From the human T2T-CHM13v2.0 reference genome, Homo sapiens, in the NCBI RefSeq assembly GCF_009914755.1, contig NC_060936.1: DNA of 64,000 bases. One strand, given 5' to 3'. Positions 25,030 to 37,625 of this stretch are shown one piece after another. Each line of letters begins with the position of its first letter. Within the stretch, counting starts at the first letter, position 1. The translations under genes and the position numbers were made by a program. The notes under the pieces were generated by a model that was given only the letters and a program-made list of their open reading frames with translations, did not search any database and was not told where the DNA came from.

Positions 25030-26408
25030 GTGGTTGATTTTAGTGTATATGCCATGTGCAGATGGGAATGGGAAGAATGTATATTCTGTTGCTAGATGGA
25101 GTGTTTTTTAAATGTCTGTTATGTTCATTTGGTCAAGTGTTGAGTTTAGCTCCCAAATATCTTTGTGAATTTTCTGCCTTTGTCTACTACTGTCAGTGGG
25201 GTGTTGAAGTGCCCCACTTTTACTGTGTGGTTATCTAAGTCTCTTCATAGGTCTCTAAGAATTTGTTTTATATATCAGGGTGCTCCAGTGTTGGGTGCAT
25301 ATATATTTAGGATAGTTAGGTTTTCTTTTTGAATTGAGCCCTATATCATTATATAATGCCTTTCTTTGTCTTTTCTGATCTTTACTGGTTTAAAGTTTGT
25401 CTGTAATTAGAAATGGAAACTCTCGTGTTTTTGTTTTGTTTTCTGTTTACTTGGTAGACTCTTTTCTTCATCCCTTTACTTTAAGGATATTGGTGTCATT
25501 GAATGTGAGATGGGTCTCTTGAAGACAGCTTACAGTTGGATCTTGCACCTTTATCCAACTTGCTACTCTGTGCCTTTTAAGTAGGGGCATTTAGCCCATT
25601 GACATTCATGGTTTATAGTGATATGTGTAGCTCTGATCCTATTATCATGTTGTTAGCTGGTTGCTATGCAGACTTGATTGTGTAGTTGCTTTATAGTGTT
25701 AATGATCTTTTTACTTAAATATGTTTTTGTGGTAGCTGGTAATGGTCTTTTGTTTCCATGTTTAACACTCCCTTAATGATCTCTTGTAAGGCAGGTCTGG
25801 TGGTAACAGTTTCCCTTAGCATTTACTTGTCTGAAAAAGATCTTATTTCTTATTTGCTTATGAAGCTTAGTTTGGCTGGATATGAAATTCTTGGTTGGAA
25901 TTTCTCTTCTTTAAGAATACTGAATAGAGGACCTCATTGTCTTCTGGCTTATAGGTTTTTTGCAGAAAGCTTTGCTGCTAATCTGATGAGGTTCCCTTGT
26001 AGGTGATTTGCCCCTTCTTGTTAGCTGCCTTTAATATTTTTTTTCTTTTACATTGATCTTGGAAAATCTGATGACTGTGTCTTGGAGATGGTTATCTTTT
26101 ATAATATCACACAGGGGTTATCTGCATTTCCTGAATTTGAATGTTCATCTCTCTAATGAGGTTGGGAAAATTCTTGTGAACAACATCCTGTAATATGTTT
26201 TCCAAGTTGCTTGTTCTCTCTCCTTTTCTTTCAGGAATGCCAATGTGTCATAGGTTTGGTCTCTTTATATAATCGCATATTTCTTAGAGGTTTCATTCAT
26301 TTTTATTTTTGTCTAAGTTGATTTAAAGAACCCGTATTCGAGTTGTGGAATTCTTTCCATAGCTTGGCCTATTCTGCTATTAATACTTCTGATTATTATG
26401 AAATTCTT

Positions 26409-26594
26409 TTAGTAAGTTTTCCAGCTGTATCTATCAGTGTGGTTCTTTCTTAAAATGGCTATTTCTATGTTCAGCTGTTGTATTGTTTTATTGGATTCCT
26501 GAGATTCCTTGGATTGGGTTATGACATTCTCCTGAGTTTCAATGATCTTCATTTTTATCCAGATTCTGAATTCTATGTCTGTCATTTCTGTCAC
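26409..26594 (-). pseudogene. L1 ORF1 coiled-coil remnant
   Basis: EMTDIEFRIWI...IIETQE...KTIQQLNIEIAILRKN. Confidence 0.8.
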
Positions 26595-26817
26595 TTAGTC
26601 ATTTCAACCTGGTTATGAACCATTGGTGGGAAACTAGTGTGGTCATTTGGTGGTAAGAAGACACTATGGCTTTTTGAGTTATTAGATTCTTGCATTGGTT
26701 CTTTCTCATCTGTGTGAGTTGATATTTCTTTAATCTTTGAAGTTCCTATCCTTTGGAGTTTTTTGCTTTTATGCTCTTTGATGCCCTTGAGGATTTCACC
26801 GTGATATTAGGTGGGTT

Positions 26818-27552
26818 TGTAACTGCCCAGTGGGTTCACTTTGCCTACTGCCTAGACAGAGCCCATTTATCAAGACAAGGGAATTGCAATGGTGAAAGAG
26901 TAATTCACACAGAGCTGGCTGTGTGGGAGACTGGAGTTTTATTATTACTTAAATCAGTCTCCCAGAGCATTCGGGGATCAGAGTTTTTAAAGATAATTTG
27001 GTTGGTAGTGGTTTGGGAAGTGGGGAGTGATGACTGGTCAGGTTGAAGGTGGAGTCATAGGGGGTCAAAGTTATGTTTTCTTAATGTCTTCTGTTCCTGG
27101 GTGGGTGCTATGGCAGAACTGGTTGGGCCATATTACTGCTCTGGGTGATGTCAGCTGATCCACTGAGTGCAGGGTCTGCAGAATATCTCAAGCACTGATC
27201 TTAGGTTTTACAATAGTGACGTTATCCCCCAGAGCAATTTGGGGAGGTTCAGATTCTTGGAGCCAGAGGCTGCATTACCCCTAAATTGTAATTTCTGATC
27301 TTATAGCTAATTTGTTAGTCCTGCAAAGGCAGACTGGACCCCAGGCAAGAAGGGAGTCTTTTTGGGAAAGGGCTATTATCAATTTTGTTTCAGAGTCAAA
27401 CCATGAACTAAATTCCTTCCCAAAGTTAGTTCAGCCTGTGCCCAGAAATGAACAAGGACAGCTTAAGTGTTAGAAGCAAGATAGAGTCGGTTAGGTTTGA
27501 TTTCTTTCACTGTCATAATTTCCTCAGTTATAATTTTGCAAAGACAGTTTCA
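26818..27552 (-). mobile_element. 3' LTR (LTR8A-like)
   Basis: Minus strand begins tgaaactgtctttgcaaaattataactgaggaaattatgacagtgaaag and ends gggcagttaca. Confidence 0.9.
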
Positions 27553-27625
27553 AACCATCCCTTTGGGTTTTATAATCTTAATCTTAATCTACACCTTAAT
27601 CTATACCTTAATCTTAAAGTGTAGG

Positions 27626-27940
27626 CTACAAAGATGAGAAAAGCCTATCGATCGCTCTCGCTTCTTCCTGCTGACATGGGACGTAATGGGAATGGAAGTG
27701 AACTCCAAGGTGGGAAGAGTGGAACTGCTTTGCAACTGTCTGAGTGTACTCATGCAGGCCTGGCTGTGCTTCCAAGGCTTGCATGGCAAAAGTATTAGTA
27801 TTCTCATCTGTAGATTTACTACAATATTTAAGTGAATCACCTACTATAAGATAAATAATAAGTCCTAGGATGAGGGGTACAATTCTGAACTTTAAAAGCA
27901 AAGATTGGAGAGAATTCGTTTGGGGACTTTTAACCCACAA
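27626..27940 (-). pseudogene. retroviral env TM/cytoplasmic-tail remnant
   Basis: Hydrophobic helix LLLKFRIVPLILGLIIYLIVG, then PCQQEEARAI (cagcaggaag motif typical of class I env ends), just upstream of the 3' LTR; TTG start only. Confidence 0.6.
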
Positions 27941-30900
27941 ATAATTTAGGATTTAGTCCAAACTGTAGACAAAACTTAAGGATGGCTAAGAAGAGGTGTA
28001 TTATAGGTTTTCTTTTGAAGCATATTTTTTCTCTCTTTAGACCCCATTTGTATAAAGAACAAATCATGATAGAACTGATTTGTTTACAAAAATAAACTTT
28101 AGTTTTACTGTACTTGCCTGATTATTTGCATAAAGTATAGCAAGAATACTTATTTTTCACTTAGGCTCTTTTTTTTGCTGTTTAAATTGGCTTTGATGGA
28201 ACTTTGTTCCATGAGGAATCTCAGAGAAGACTTTTTAAAAGTCGAGCCCAGCCACGGGTTCGTCCCCTCAAATACCTATAAGTTGGGTAAATTCCTCTCC
28301 TCTCAAGGTCCCAAGATAACTTGGAGCTCCTGAACCTGTTAGAAAGTGACATTATTTACTTACCACAGGTCAGGAACCTTGTATAGGGACTCTGTGTAGA
28401 CAAGGTATGGGGCCAGAGTCTCCAAGGGGCTTTTATTGCCTCTATAAGTCAACTTTGATTCTTCAAAGGAAGCATGCCATTCCAGTCAAAGCCTTGGTAA
28501 AATAACCAATTTTTCCAATTGTGCCCTGGTCAAAAGAAAACAGATTTTTACTGCCCTTATGCAATTAACTATACTGCCATAAATTGAGAATACTTACAAA
28601 TGTTTTCCAAATTCTGGAGAAATCAGGTAGAGAGAAACAAATGTGCTCCAAAATTTTTTCACAGGAGTATATTTTACTCATGTGTTAAAAGTTGCAAATA
28701 GCTGTAAAGAAATAAATTGTCTTGTCTCTGAAGATAAAATGATTAGCAATGTTTAACACATCAGCTTTCCATGAGAGTCCTAGAAGTTTCGTTTTTCCCT
28801 CTATTCCAATAGCACAATTTTTAAAGTTATCTGACACCTGCACTCAGAATCTTATATCTGATTATAAACTGCCTTTTGAAAAGAACCAAAAGCAAGACAA
28901 AATGTCTGTGGATGACAGAAGTGTATAGCCACTATTAAAGCTGCAATTGACTAGGAATTTTGGCTATTTCTGTGGCATACAACAATTTTACATAACAATT
29001 ATAATTATTAATAATGCACACTAAATCATATCAGAATTATAGAAGTTTCCCATAATTTCTGGAACACATGTTCATAACATATTAATACAAATACAGCCCA
29101 AAGAAACCAAACACCATTCACTCTTCTATTTGAAAGTTTTTCCTCTATTCTAATGTCACAATCTCCAGAGTTATTAATCAGACACTTGCATTTAAGAGCA
29201 CCTGTTGAATTTTATAGCTGATTACAAAACCATCTATTAAAGAGGACCAAAATTATACAACAATTGTCTGTGGATGACAAAAGCATCTTAGGGTAGCTGC
29301 AGTTAAAGACACAATTGACAAAGAAATGTGTTACCTCTATAGCACACAGTCATTTAACATAATAATTATAATTATTTTTGATAACATATACTAAGTCATA
29401 TTAGAATTATGAGTTTTAAATAATTTTGCAACATATACCATCTAGCCCAAAGAAAGCCAAACACCATTTCATACTTGACAATGCTTCCTGTATAACTTCT
29501 ATGCCAAATAAGCCAAATACCATTTTTGGACTTTAGGGGAACTAATGTCTAAAATATTAGGTTAGGAAGAGACATAATTTACAATTTGATTTTGGAAAGT
29601 TTGTCAAATATCAAAGGTTTAAAACACTGGATATCACAAAATAAAATCCCAGGTCACCATAAGTCATTCATTTGGCCAAAATGATAACTCTAAAATTAAA
29701 AAAAAAGAAAACCTTTACTCTGATAGAGCACTTAGCTTTCCAAACAAGACCCAATAAAGACAGTATGAGGCTAACCGAATTTGCCTCTTCTCTCTCCTCC
29801 CCCTTTTTTTCCTGCCATTTACCCAAAGGGGCAAACAAAAACTTTCTATTATTTTTTAATATTACATAAAAATATCTTCAAAAGACAAAACCAAATTTCA
29901 TGTTTGCATTAGTGCATGTTTCATGCTAAGTCTGGTTTAAAAAAAATTATAAATGTACCCAGTTTTAATTAGTTTGACCACAAGGTAAGACTTTTATAAA
30001 CTTTTTAGAAAACTTTACAATTTTTCCATCAAGCAGCAGATTAATTTTCTAAGAAAACCCTGTCGTTCGGACACATGGGCCCAGATTTTGGCCCCACATG
30101 AGTATGATTTTAATATTTTAATCTATGGAAAAAAAGCTAAGTAATTTATTTCAAATCTTAGACAACTTGTTTATACCCACAGAATCTTTACAAGATCAAC
30201 CCTTTACAAACCCTTCTCACTTTGCTTAAACCTTCAGTTTTGTCCCATTACTCTTTTAGATTAAGACAATTTTTAAAACCCTCTGAACTAGACAAAATTA
30301 CATTTCCTTTAACGAAAGCCATATTCCCATGCCTTCTGATAATCTTTTACCAAAAACACATTCCCTACACACATTGTATGTAAAACTGTTTCTCCAGTGG
30401 TCTTAATTACATGTTACACTGTTAGCTCTTAGCAACTGCTATTTTTAGTGAAAAACCTGAACAGTAAGCAATTTTAATTATATACTAGGGGTGGAGCCTA
30501 GGACATTAGACAGAAATGAAGATAAGGTCTGACTTTTTTCAGCAGGTAAATTGAGCAATATCCAAAAGTCAACGAAACAGTTTGACCTTAAAGCATTTAG
30601 CAAATCTGATATCTGACCTTAATTTAGACCAAATATCTACATTTTCAAGATATTTTATTTTACCAATAATCTTTAAAGCTATCTTTATTTCTAAAAGATT
30701 ACTGATGTCATGTGAACTAAAGGCATTAAAGTTTCTATTTTTTCTGGCAAAATGTTTGATTTAAGCACTTATTTTTCTAAGCCAATTAATCAGAGCTTTT
30801 TATATAAACATACAACACATAACATATATAAATACACAGACAGAGAGAAAATTCAGCACCTGTAAGATTTTTGATTTGCCAGGTTTTTAATTGCATTACT

Positions 30901-31083
30901 GGCTTCAGGGTAGAACCCTTGGAGGAACAGGGGCAGGAAAGCATGCCTTCCTTTTGGGAGGTCAAGTAAGCATGCAGAGCTGAAGGCAAAGACAGATCCC
31001 CAAAATTGAGGATGCCATTTTATATTGGATCCTGGATCCCCAAAAGGAGGGAAATACTATGGGAGAAGAGAGTGCAGCACTTC

Positions 31084-31799
31084 TGTTCCTGGAACCAAGC
31101 CAGGTCCGGCTGCATTTTCTTGAGACCCAATAACGAGAAGCAGACAAACTAAGAAAGAAGGGAATTTATTGCTGTAACCAGATACAGGGAGAAGGCTGGA
31201 GATAATTCCACCAGACCAACTCAAAGTGTTATAATTTTCTTAGTGCTCATATAGGTTGGTGTTATGTGTCTACATGCAATATAGCATTTGCCTAAGTCTA
31301 TTGGTAACTAATTTTGTTTCAACTGCAAGGTCAGAGGCAAAAAGTGCTTGCTAAGTCTGATTAAAAGGGCCCCAGTACCTTCAAGGCCTGTCTACTGTGG
31401 TACCGGAGTGATTATCTCTACCTCATCTCCTTTACGGCTTGGTGGGGAGAGCTGCCTTAGACTCTCCAACGAATCTATTCAAACAGCTGCCTCTGTTACC
31501 TTGACTTGTCTCAGATTCTGTCGACCTGAAATGTGTCCTGGAACTAGGAATGTAAGACTGTCTCTACTATTTTGTTTGCTCCAGGTTAGGGAGAAGCCTA
31601 TGCAAGGCTCCTGCTGACCATATGTTTCATTTCTAGCTCTGATGTCTGGCCACTGATTTCCCTCAGTTTAACCATTTGCTCAATGTTAAGGCAGTGCTGT
31701 GGAAATCTGTCTGTGTAACTGGAGTGCTATGCAGGCCTGTCTGTGTGACTGTCATGCAGGCCTGTTTGCATGATTGTCAGGGAGAATTGGCCTGCCACA
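31084..31799 (-). mobile_element. solo LTR (MER72-like, ERV1) nested in the provirus
   Basis: 716 bp; minus strand begins tgtggcaggccaattctccctgacaatc; TSD cttc/attc; host sequence rejoins across it. Confidence 0.75.
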
Positions 31800-34489
31800 A
31801 TTCTAACCCACATTTTATTGCAAGGTAACCCAAAGCCAATCAGTCCATTTTGTAATCAGCCCATCCCCCATGGGAATCTCATCTCTCAGTGGGGGTGGGG
31901 ATGTTTCCATATCTTCCAGGTGGCCAAGAGCATGCTTCTCTGATCCAAGTGTGCAAAGAGTCAAGTATCCCTCCAAAAATACTTTTAGCCATCCCTTAAA
32001 GTATATTTCCTACCTAGTTATTACACACCAAAGTGCTGTCATGATGCCAAGTAATTTCTGATACCCCCAAAACTCAAACCATCAGATAACACAATGCAAA
32101 ACGGAACAGAGTCTTTGATTTTGAAAAGGATCTATCCACTTTTAATTCCTGGGGTTTCATGAATAAAACAGATGGTTTTGTTTGTTTGTTTGTTTTGTGT
32201 TTTTTTGTTTTTTTTCCCAAACTGGGTCTGTCACGCCTCCTCTGTTTTTCTCAAGAAATCCCAGGCTACCAGAAGTGATCTTAGGGCCTCTCATATGTGC
32301 ATTAAGAGTGGCAAGATGAAAAATGGAGAAAAATAATTCAGTCGACTGAGAAGAAAAAAACCGTTTTTAGAAAAACAAGATCCAAGAAGAGAAAAACATA
32401 AAGGTCTTTTAAATGTATCCATAGCTTGTTTATTCACTTTTAATTAAGCTGACTTTTAACCATAGTGCTCTTTAAAAAACCTTTTAAATTTCTTATTAGC
32501 CAAATTTAGCCACGCTGCAAATATTTCTGGCTTTTGAACTTTACCAACGGTAATGTCCCAGGTGCTTCAAAAACATGGTAAACAGTTTCTTTTTACAAGA
32601 TTTAGAATTTCCCCAAGGTAGTTCAGAGAAAGGACAGTTCAAAGGAGGAAATCAGAAGCTATCCATTGCGGGGTGGGGAACCTCAATAAATGGCAAAGTT
32701 ATGCAAATAACAAACCAGAAAGGAATTATTCTGGAAGCCAAGAATAGAACCCAGGCCACTATTGTCAAAGGGCAAAGCCTTAGCTACTGAGTTAGAGCAT
32801 TGAGCAGTTTCTATTGCTTTTCCCAGAAGGAGCCTAGAGAAGCCAATTTCAAGCTTGAAAAGGCTTTTAACTGCTCAAGATATTTTTTAGGGCTAAGTAT
32901 GACATGAATCTGAAAATTCCTGTCCTCTGGATGGTGGAAACCAAGAGAAAGTATCCCCACATGGTCACAAGTTTAAGCTCTTAAGGACACAAACAAGACA
33001 GAGAAATTTCATACAGTACTGATTTCAGAGACTCCTAGCAAAGTTTATAACTGACCAGCCTGCTAAGCTGGCTTGAAACGCAGGCTTATAGGGGTCCTAA
33101 ACCCATGTTCTATCCTGTGACACCCCTCTCTCCATTACAGAACACAGAAAGACAAATTCCTAGCACAAAATACACCAGATTTGCTACAGCCTGAGACTAG
33201 TATCACAAATCCTTTTTTCTATTAATCAAACCCTTGCAGAGAGATGAATAGTGACGTTTACTCTTCACACAGATGGAGTAAGAGAGAGAAAGACCAGAAA
33301 CTCAGCTGGTAAGAATTTCTTACCCTTTTTGCTGGCATACCAGGTTTCCAGTTCTCTTTTCTCTGCAGCTTCCAGAAGAACGGAGTGGCTTCTGATGACC
33401 CTGCTCGCTTGTGCCACAGCTGTGGGGTTCAAGCCACTTTACGAGAGAAAAATCACCCTTTTTTTGTTTTATGGAACCACAGGCAAGATTCTTAATTTGC
33501 AAGATGTTGCCCAATGGGCTGCCTGGGGAACCGAATTAATATTTTCCATCCCAGCAAAATACACATAACAAAACAGACACTAGTCACCTCATTCAGCATG
33601 CAGTATCAGCCTGGCAAAGCTCAAACTTTTTCCCGTTGGTCCCCATTGTCTTTGATCCACTCAAGGTGGGGAGAGACAACCTTGGAATGGTAATTCACAA
33701 TGGGGTCTCTGGGCAAGGCGAAGAGCAGTCATCCCGAGATAGGCCTTTGAGCTTTCTTCAGGGCTCACTGAATGTAACCAGACAAACAAGGAGGGAAGGA
33801 GGGTTCTCTGAGTTAGGCCTGCTGGACTTCAGCAATTCCTTCTCAGACCCCTCCACATGTGCAAACACACACAAAGATGAGACAGAAGGCCTTCCAAATC
33901 AAATGATCCCTAACCAAGAACTCCAAGAGTATCCCTTCCAAACTATCCTCCTATTCTCCACTTAAGAAACCTCCTCGAAGTGTTCCTGATTGAGAAGTCT
34001 CTGAAACCAAGACTCTTTCTACTAGTTAGAAAGAGCCAACTGAGACCGCCCAGGAGCCAGACAACCCACAGTGGGATTACAGACACAGATACCTCATGGT
34101 GGAGCTACAAACAGACACCCCGCAACGGAGCTACAGACACCCCACCACAGGGCTACAGAACCGGTCAGGAGAAGGAAGGAGGCGTTGGCAGTGGCTAGGA
34201 TACTCATCAATCCAGACACCTGGCAATGGGGCTACAGACAGACAGATACCCCACAATAGGGCTACAGGCAGACACTCTATGATAGGGCTATAGTTAGGGG
34301 ATGTCTCCCCACCATTATTTCTCCATTGCAATTAAATCCATGGGCATTGAGTTAGCAGTGCCCAGCCAGTAGAGAGAGTACCAGAGCCAGCCCCCAGTCC
34401 AAGAGAACTAGGCAGCCACTTGGGCTGGCTTCTGGATCCATCGCTGGAGTGGGGGGCCACCGAACAACAGGCAGGTAGCCACAAGAGCT

Positions 34490-34507
34490 TTCCCGGCTGA
34501 CACGCCA
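34490..34507 (-). promoter_or_regulatory. primer-binding site, closest to tRNA-Arg
   Basis: TGGCGTGTCAGCCGGGAA, 4 nt after the 5' LTR; 14/18 to Arg PBS TGGCGAGCCAGCCAGGAG, 12/18 to Pro PBS TGGGGGCTCGTCCGGGAT. Confidence 0.7.
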
Positions 34508-34511
34508 AATT

Positions 34512-35242
34512 TGTAACCACCCAGTGCGTTCACCTTGCCTGCTGCCCAGACAGAGCCCATTTATCAAGACAGGGGAATTGCAATGGTGAAAGAGTGATTC
34601 ATGCAGAGTCAGCTGTGTGGGACACCAGTCTTATTATTACTCAAATCAGTCTCCCTGAGCATTCGGGGATCAGAGTTTTTAAAGCTAATTTGGCAGGTAG
34701 GGACTTGAGAAGTGGGGAGTGCTGATTGGTCAGGTTGGAGATGGAATCACAGGGGGTCGAAGTTAGGTTTTGTTAATGTCTTCTATTCCCGGGTGGGTGT
34801 GATGGCAGAACTGGTTGGGCCAGATTACTGCTCTGGGTGATGTCAGCTGATTCATCGAGTGCAGGGTCTGCAAAATATCTCAAGCACTGATCTTAGGTCT
34901 TACAATAGCGATGTTATCCCCAGGAGCAACTTGGGGGTTCAGACTCTTGGAGCCAGAGGCTGCATGACCCCTAAATTGTAATTTTTAATCTTGTAGCTAA
35001 TTTGTGAGTCCTGCAAAGGCAGACTGGACCCCAGGCAAGAAGGGAGTCTTTTTGGGAAAGGGCTATTATCAATTTTGTTTCAGAGTCAAACCATGAACTG
35101 AATTCCTTCCCAAAGTTAGTTTGGCCTATGCCCGGGAATCAACAAGGACAGCTTAAGGGTTAGAAACAAGATAGAGTCAGTGGGGTCTGATTTCTTTCGC
35201 TGTCATAATTTCCTCAGTTATAATTTTGCAAAGGCAGTTTCA
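34512..35242 (-). mobile_element. 5' LTR (LTR8A-like)
   Basis: Direct repeat of 26818-27552, followed by the PBS. Confidence 0.9.
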
Positions 35243-37209
35243 GGTTCATTTGACTGGCTTTGCTTCTGGAAGAATTCAGGGAGCAAGGGCTCAGTTAAGC
35301 ACCCTGGCTGCATTCTATAACCCTGGGTGGCTAGTACCAGGCCCACAGCTTTGCTTTCTGGCCCCTCAAGGTTAAGCACCTGCTACAGTACTGGAGGTGC
35401 TGAGGTGTTTCCAGAGTGTTGGCAATAACACTGTAATGGAGGATACCGGCCAAAGCACTTCATCAGGTGGTGGCAGAGGGCTCTGCACTCATACACATGT
35501 GCACTGATCAGGGCAGGGTGGTGACAAATGTTCACACATGCAAGTGCCAGCCAGGTGGTGAGGCCGTGGGTGCGTGTCAGGGAAGCCTGCAGACAGGCTG
35601 CAGTGGGAGGAGGCTGTGGGTGCATGGGTAGGCATTGGCTGGTACACATCTGCTGGATCTTACCAACAGTTAGGTGAGGTCTGGTAGTAAAAGACCTATG
35701 GCAGCAGCCACCAGGAAGCACCCCAGTGGGCATCTGAGACTGGGCTGCAAGCAGATGCAACCAGGCAGGGACCCCAGAAGAGGGTGCAGAGAGGGAGGTG
35801 CTCATATCAGACTGGTCCTGTCCAATGGGCAAGAGTGCCCTGCTCTGTCAAGGTTTGACAGTCAGCAAAGGCTAGAGTCATCTAGAGGAGTGTGGTGAGC
35901 CTTTGGGTATGGGCCTCCCTGGCCATACTCCACCACAGCTGTCCCCACACCAAACCCTCTGAGCTCTGCACAAGCTGGAGTCCTGTCCCTGCCACCTATA
36001 CAAAGAGCTCTCCCTCTCAGCTCCAATGTCCATGACAGTAGTGGGGTCTCCTGCAGCTAGAATTCCAGAAGTCTATGGTAAGACTGGGCCACTTCTCACC
36101 TATTTAACTTTAAGCCTCTGGGGCCCAGGAATGAGTCTTCATGCTTAGCAGCTCTATGCAGGATTCCAGCTTCCTCTCCCTTCAGCCCAGGGTCTGTATC
36201 CTCCCTCTATCCACTCTCAATTCCTTCCTTCCAAAGATCTGTTTGGAGTGTGCCAATCTTCTTGGTCTGGTCTGTTGGTGGGAGAAGCTCTTCTGAGGTG
36301 CATCTAGTCAGCCATCTTAGCTCCCCATTCCTTCTCTTTCTTAACACATACCACATCAAATCTCCATTACCAAAACAATCATAAAAATGTTTAAAATTCC
36401 AAAAAAATTTTTAAGATTTTAACATAGATGTGGTAACATATAATAAAATGTATAGATCTGAGTTGTTTTGATAGAAGCAAAATAGTTGGTAAAGAGACTC
36501 AAGCCCAACTCATTTTTTCTTGCCAACAGTTTAAAAACCACTCTTCTAATCCATGTTCCCCTGGAAAATATGTAGGACGATTGCTTGAGGGGAGAGGAAA
36601 TCTTCAAGTAAGCCAATTTCTGTTTTGTTAATATCACATAGTTTTGTAAAGTCTGGAGATGAAAGGCTAATCAAAGTTATTGCAAACATTACCCTCTCTT
36701 ATTACCTTTAGAACCAAAGTAAAATGAAATGATGTGCAAGACTGAAGAAGGAGAATGTCTATGTGGATATGATGTAGATATCACAGTGATCAAAGATAAA
36801 CTCTCAATCTAAGTTTTGGCTGCAGACAGGATGTTTACTCTGTGGGCCTAAAGACTCTCTCTTTTCCTAGCATTGTTGTCCATCTGTCCCAATGTGAATC
36901 CAGTGAACTTTTCACGCTACCACTATCTTTTGAAGAATATATTTTGAGGGGTTGGAGTTAAAGTTTTAGTACTTGTCTCTACATAAATATATGTGATATG
37001 TAAGACCAAAAACTAGAACTGACCATATTAAAAATAGAAGTTGTGTTAAGGTGCTGGGGTTATGGGGTTTTATTTTTCCATGAATTTAGACAGTATTCAA
37101 ATTTAGAGTTTAGTAAACTGTATATTCTATAGCCTTGATAGAAAAAAATGTAACTGGTGTTTCAGTTAGCCTAATTTGCTCCAGAGAGAACACAACAATG
37201 AAAGACCAG

Positions 37210-37340
37210 TTATGGCACAGTAGAAAGAATCCTATATTGAGGCAGGATGTTTATCTTCTATCTGTGGTCCTGGAATTATGAACAATGTAATTTTGAAAAA
37301 GTAACTTCATATCTCTAGCCACAATTTTCTGTAGAACAGA
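37210..37340 (+). mobile_element. MIR fragment
   Basis: tatggcacagtagaaagaatc...aagtaacttcatatctctagccacaattttct. Confidence 0.45.
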
Positions 37341-37469
37341 GCTAATATTTTCCTCAAAAGGGCACATTTTTAGGTGCTTCAAAGATACATCTGCATCTGT
37401 CATGTTAGAGGAGAGCAATTTCCTGTATGTAACTAAACTGCTATTTACACCTGATAGAATTTATACATG

Positions 37470-37625
37470 ATAGATAGTGCATGTGAATCCCCCAAGGATC
37501 TTATTAAAATGAAGACTAATTCAGCAGACCTAGGGTGGGGATGGAGACTCCACATTTCTAAGGAGCTTCCAGGCAATGGGGATGCTGTGGGTTCAAGCAC
37601 CACTCTTCAGATGGTAAGCATTTAG
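37470..37625 (-). mobile_element. MER5A1-like MITE
   Basis: attcagcagacctagggtgggg...catttctaaggagcttccaggcaatggggatgctg. Confidence 0.65.

Larger units (their letters stand above)
26818..35242 (-). mobile_element. complete ERV1-class provirus (LTR8A-type LTRs, non-autonomous MER4-group-like internal region)
   Basis: Two homologous ~730-bp LTRs with TG...CA ends; 4-bp TSD ggtt at 26814-26817 and 35243-35246; PBS next to the right LTR; purine-rich tract next to the left LTR; no intact gag/pol. Confidence 0.92.
21577..36333 (-). mobile_element. full-length L1PA15-like LINE (~6.3 kb) split by a provirus
   Basis: 3' end ggttcagggggtacatgtg; ORF2 and ORF1 remnants; 5' end ggggagctaagatggctgactag (minus strand); TSD ctctttctt at 21568-21576 and 36334-36342. 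Confidence 0.9.

Noticed and set aside
35383-35898. 149-aa and 74-aa ORFs
   Set aside because: They lie in the GC-richer L1 5'UTR, show no recognisable domain, and are expected by chance.
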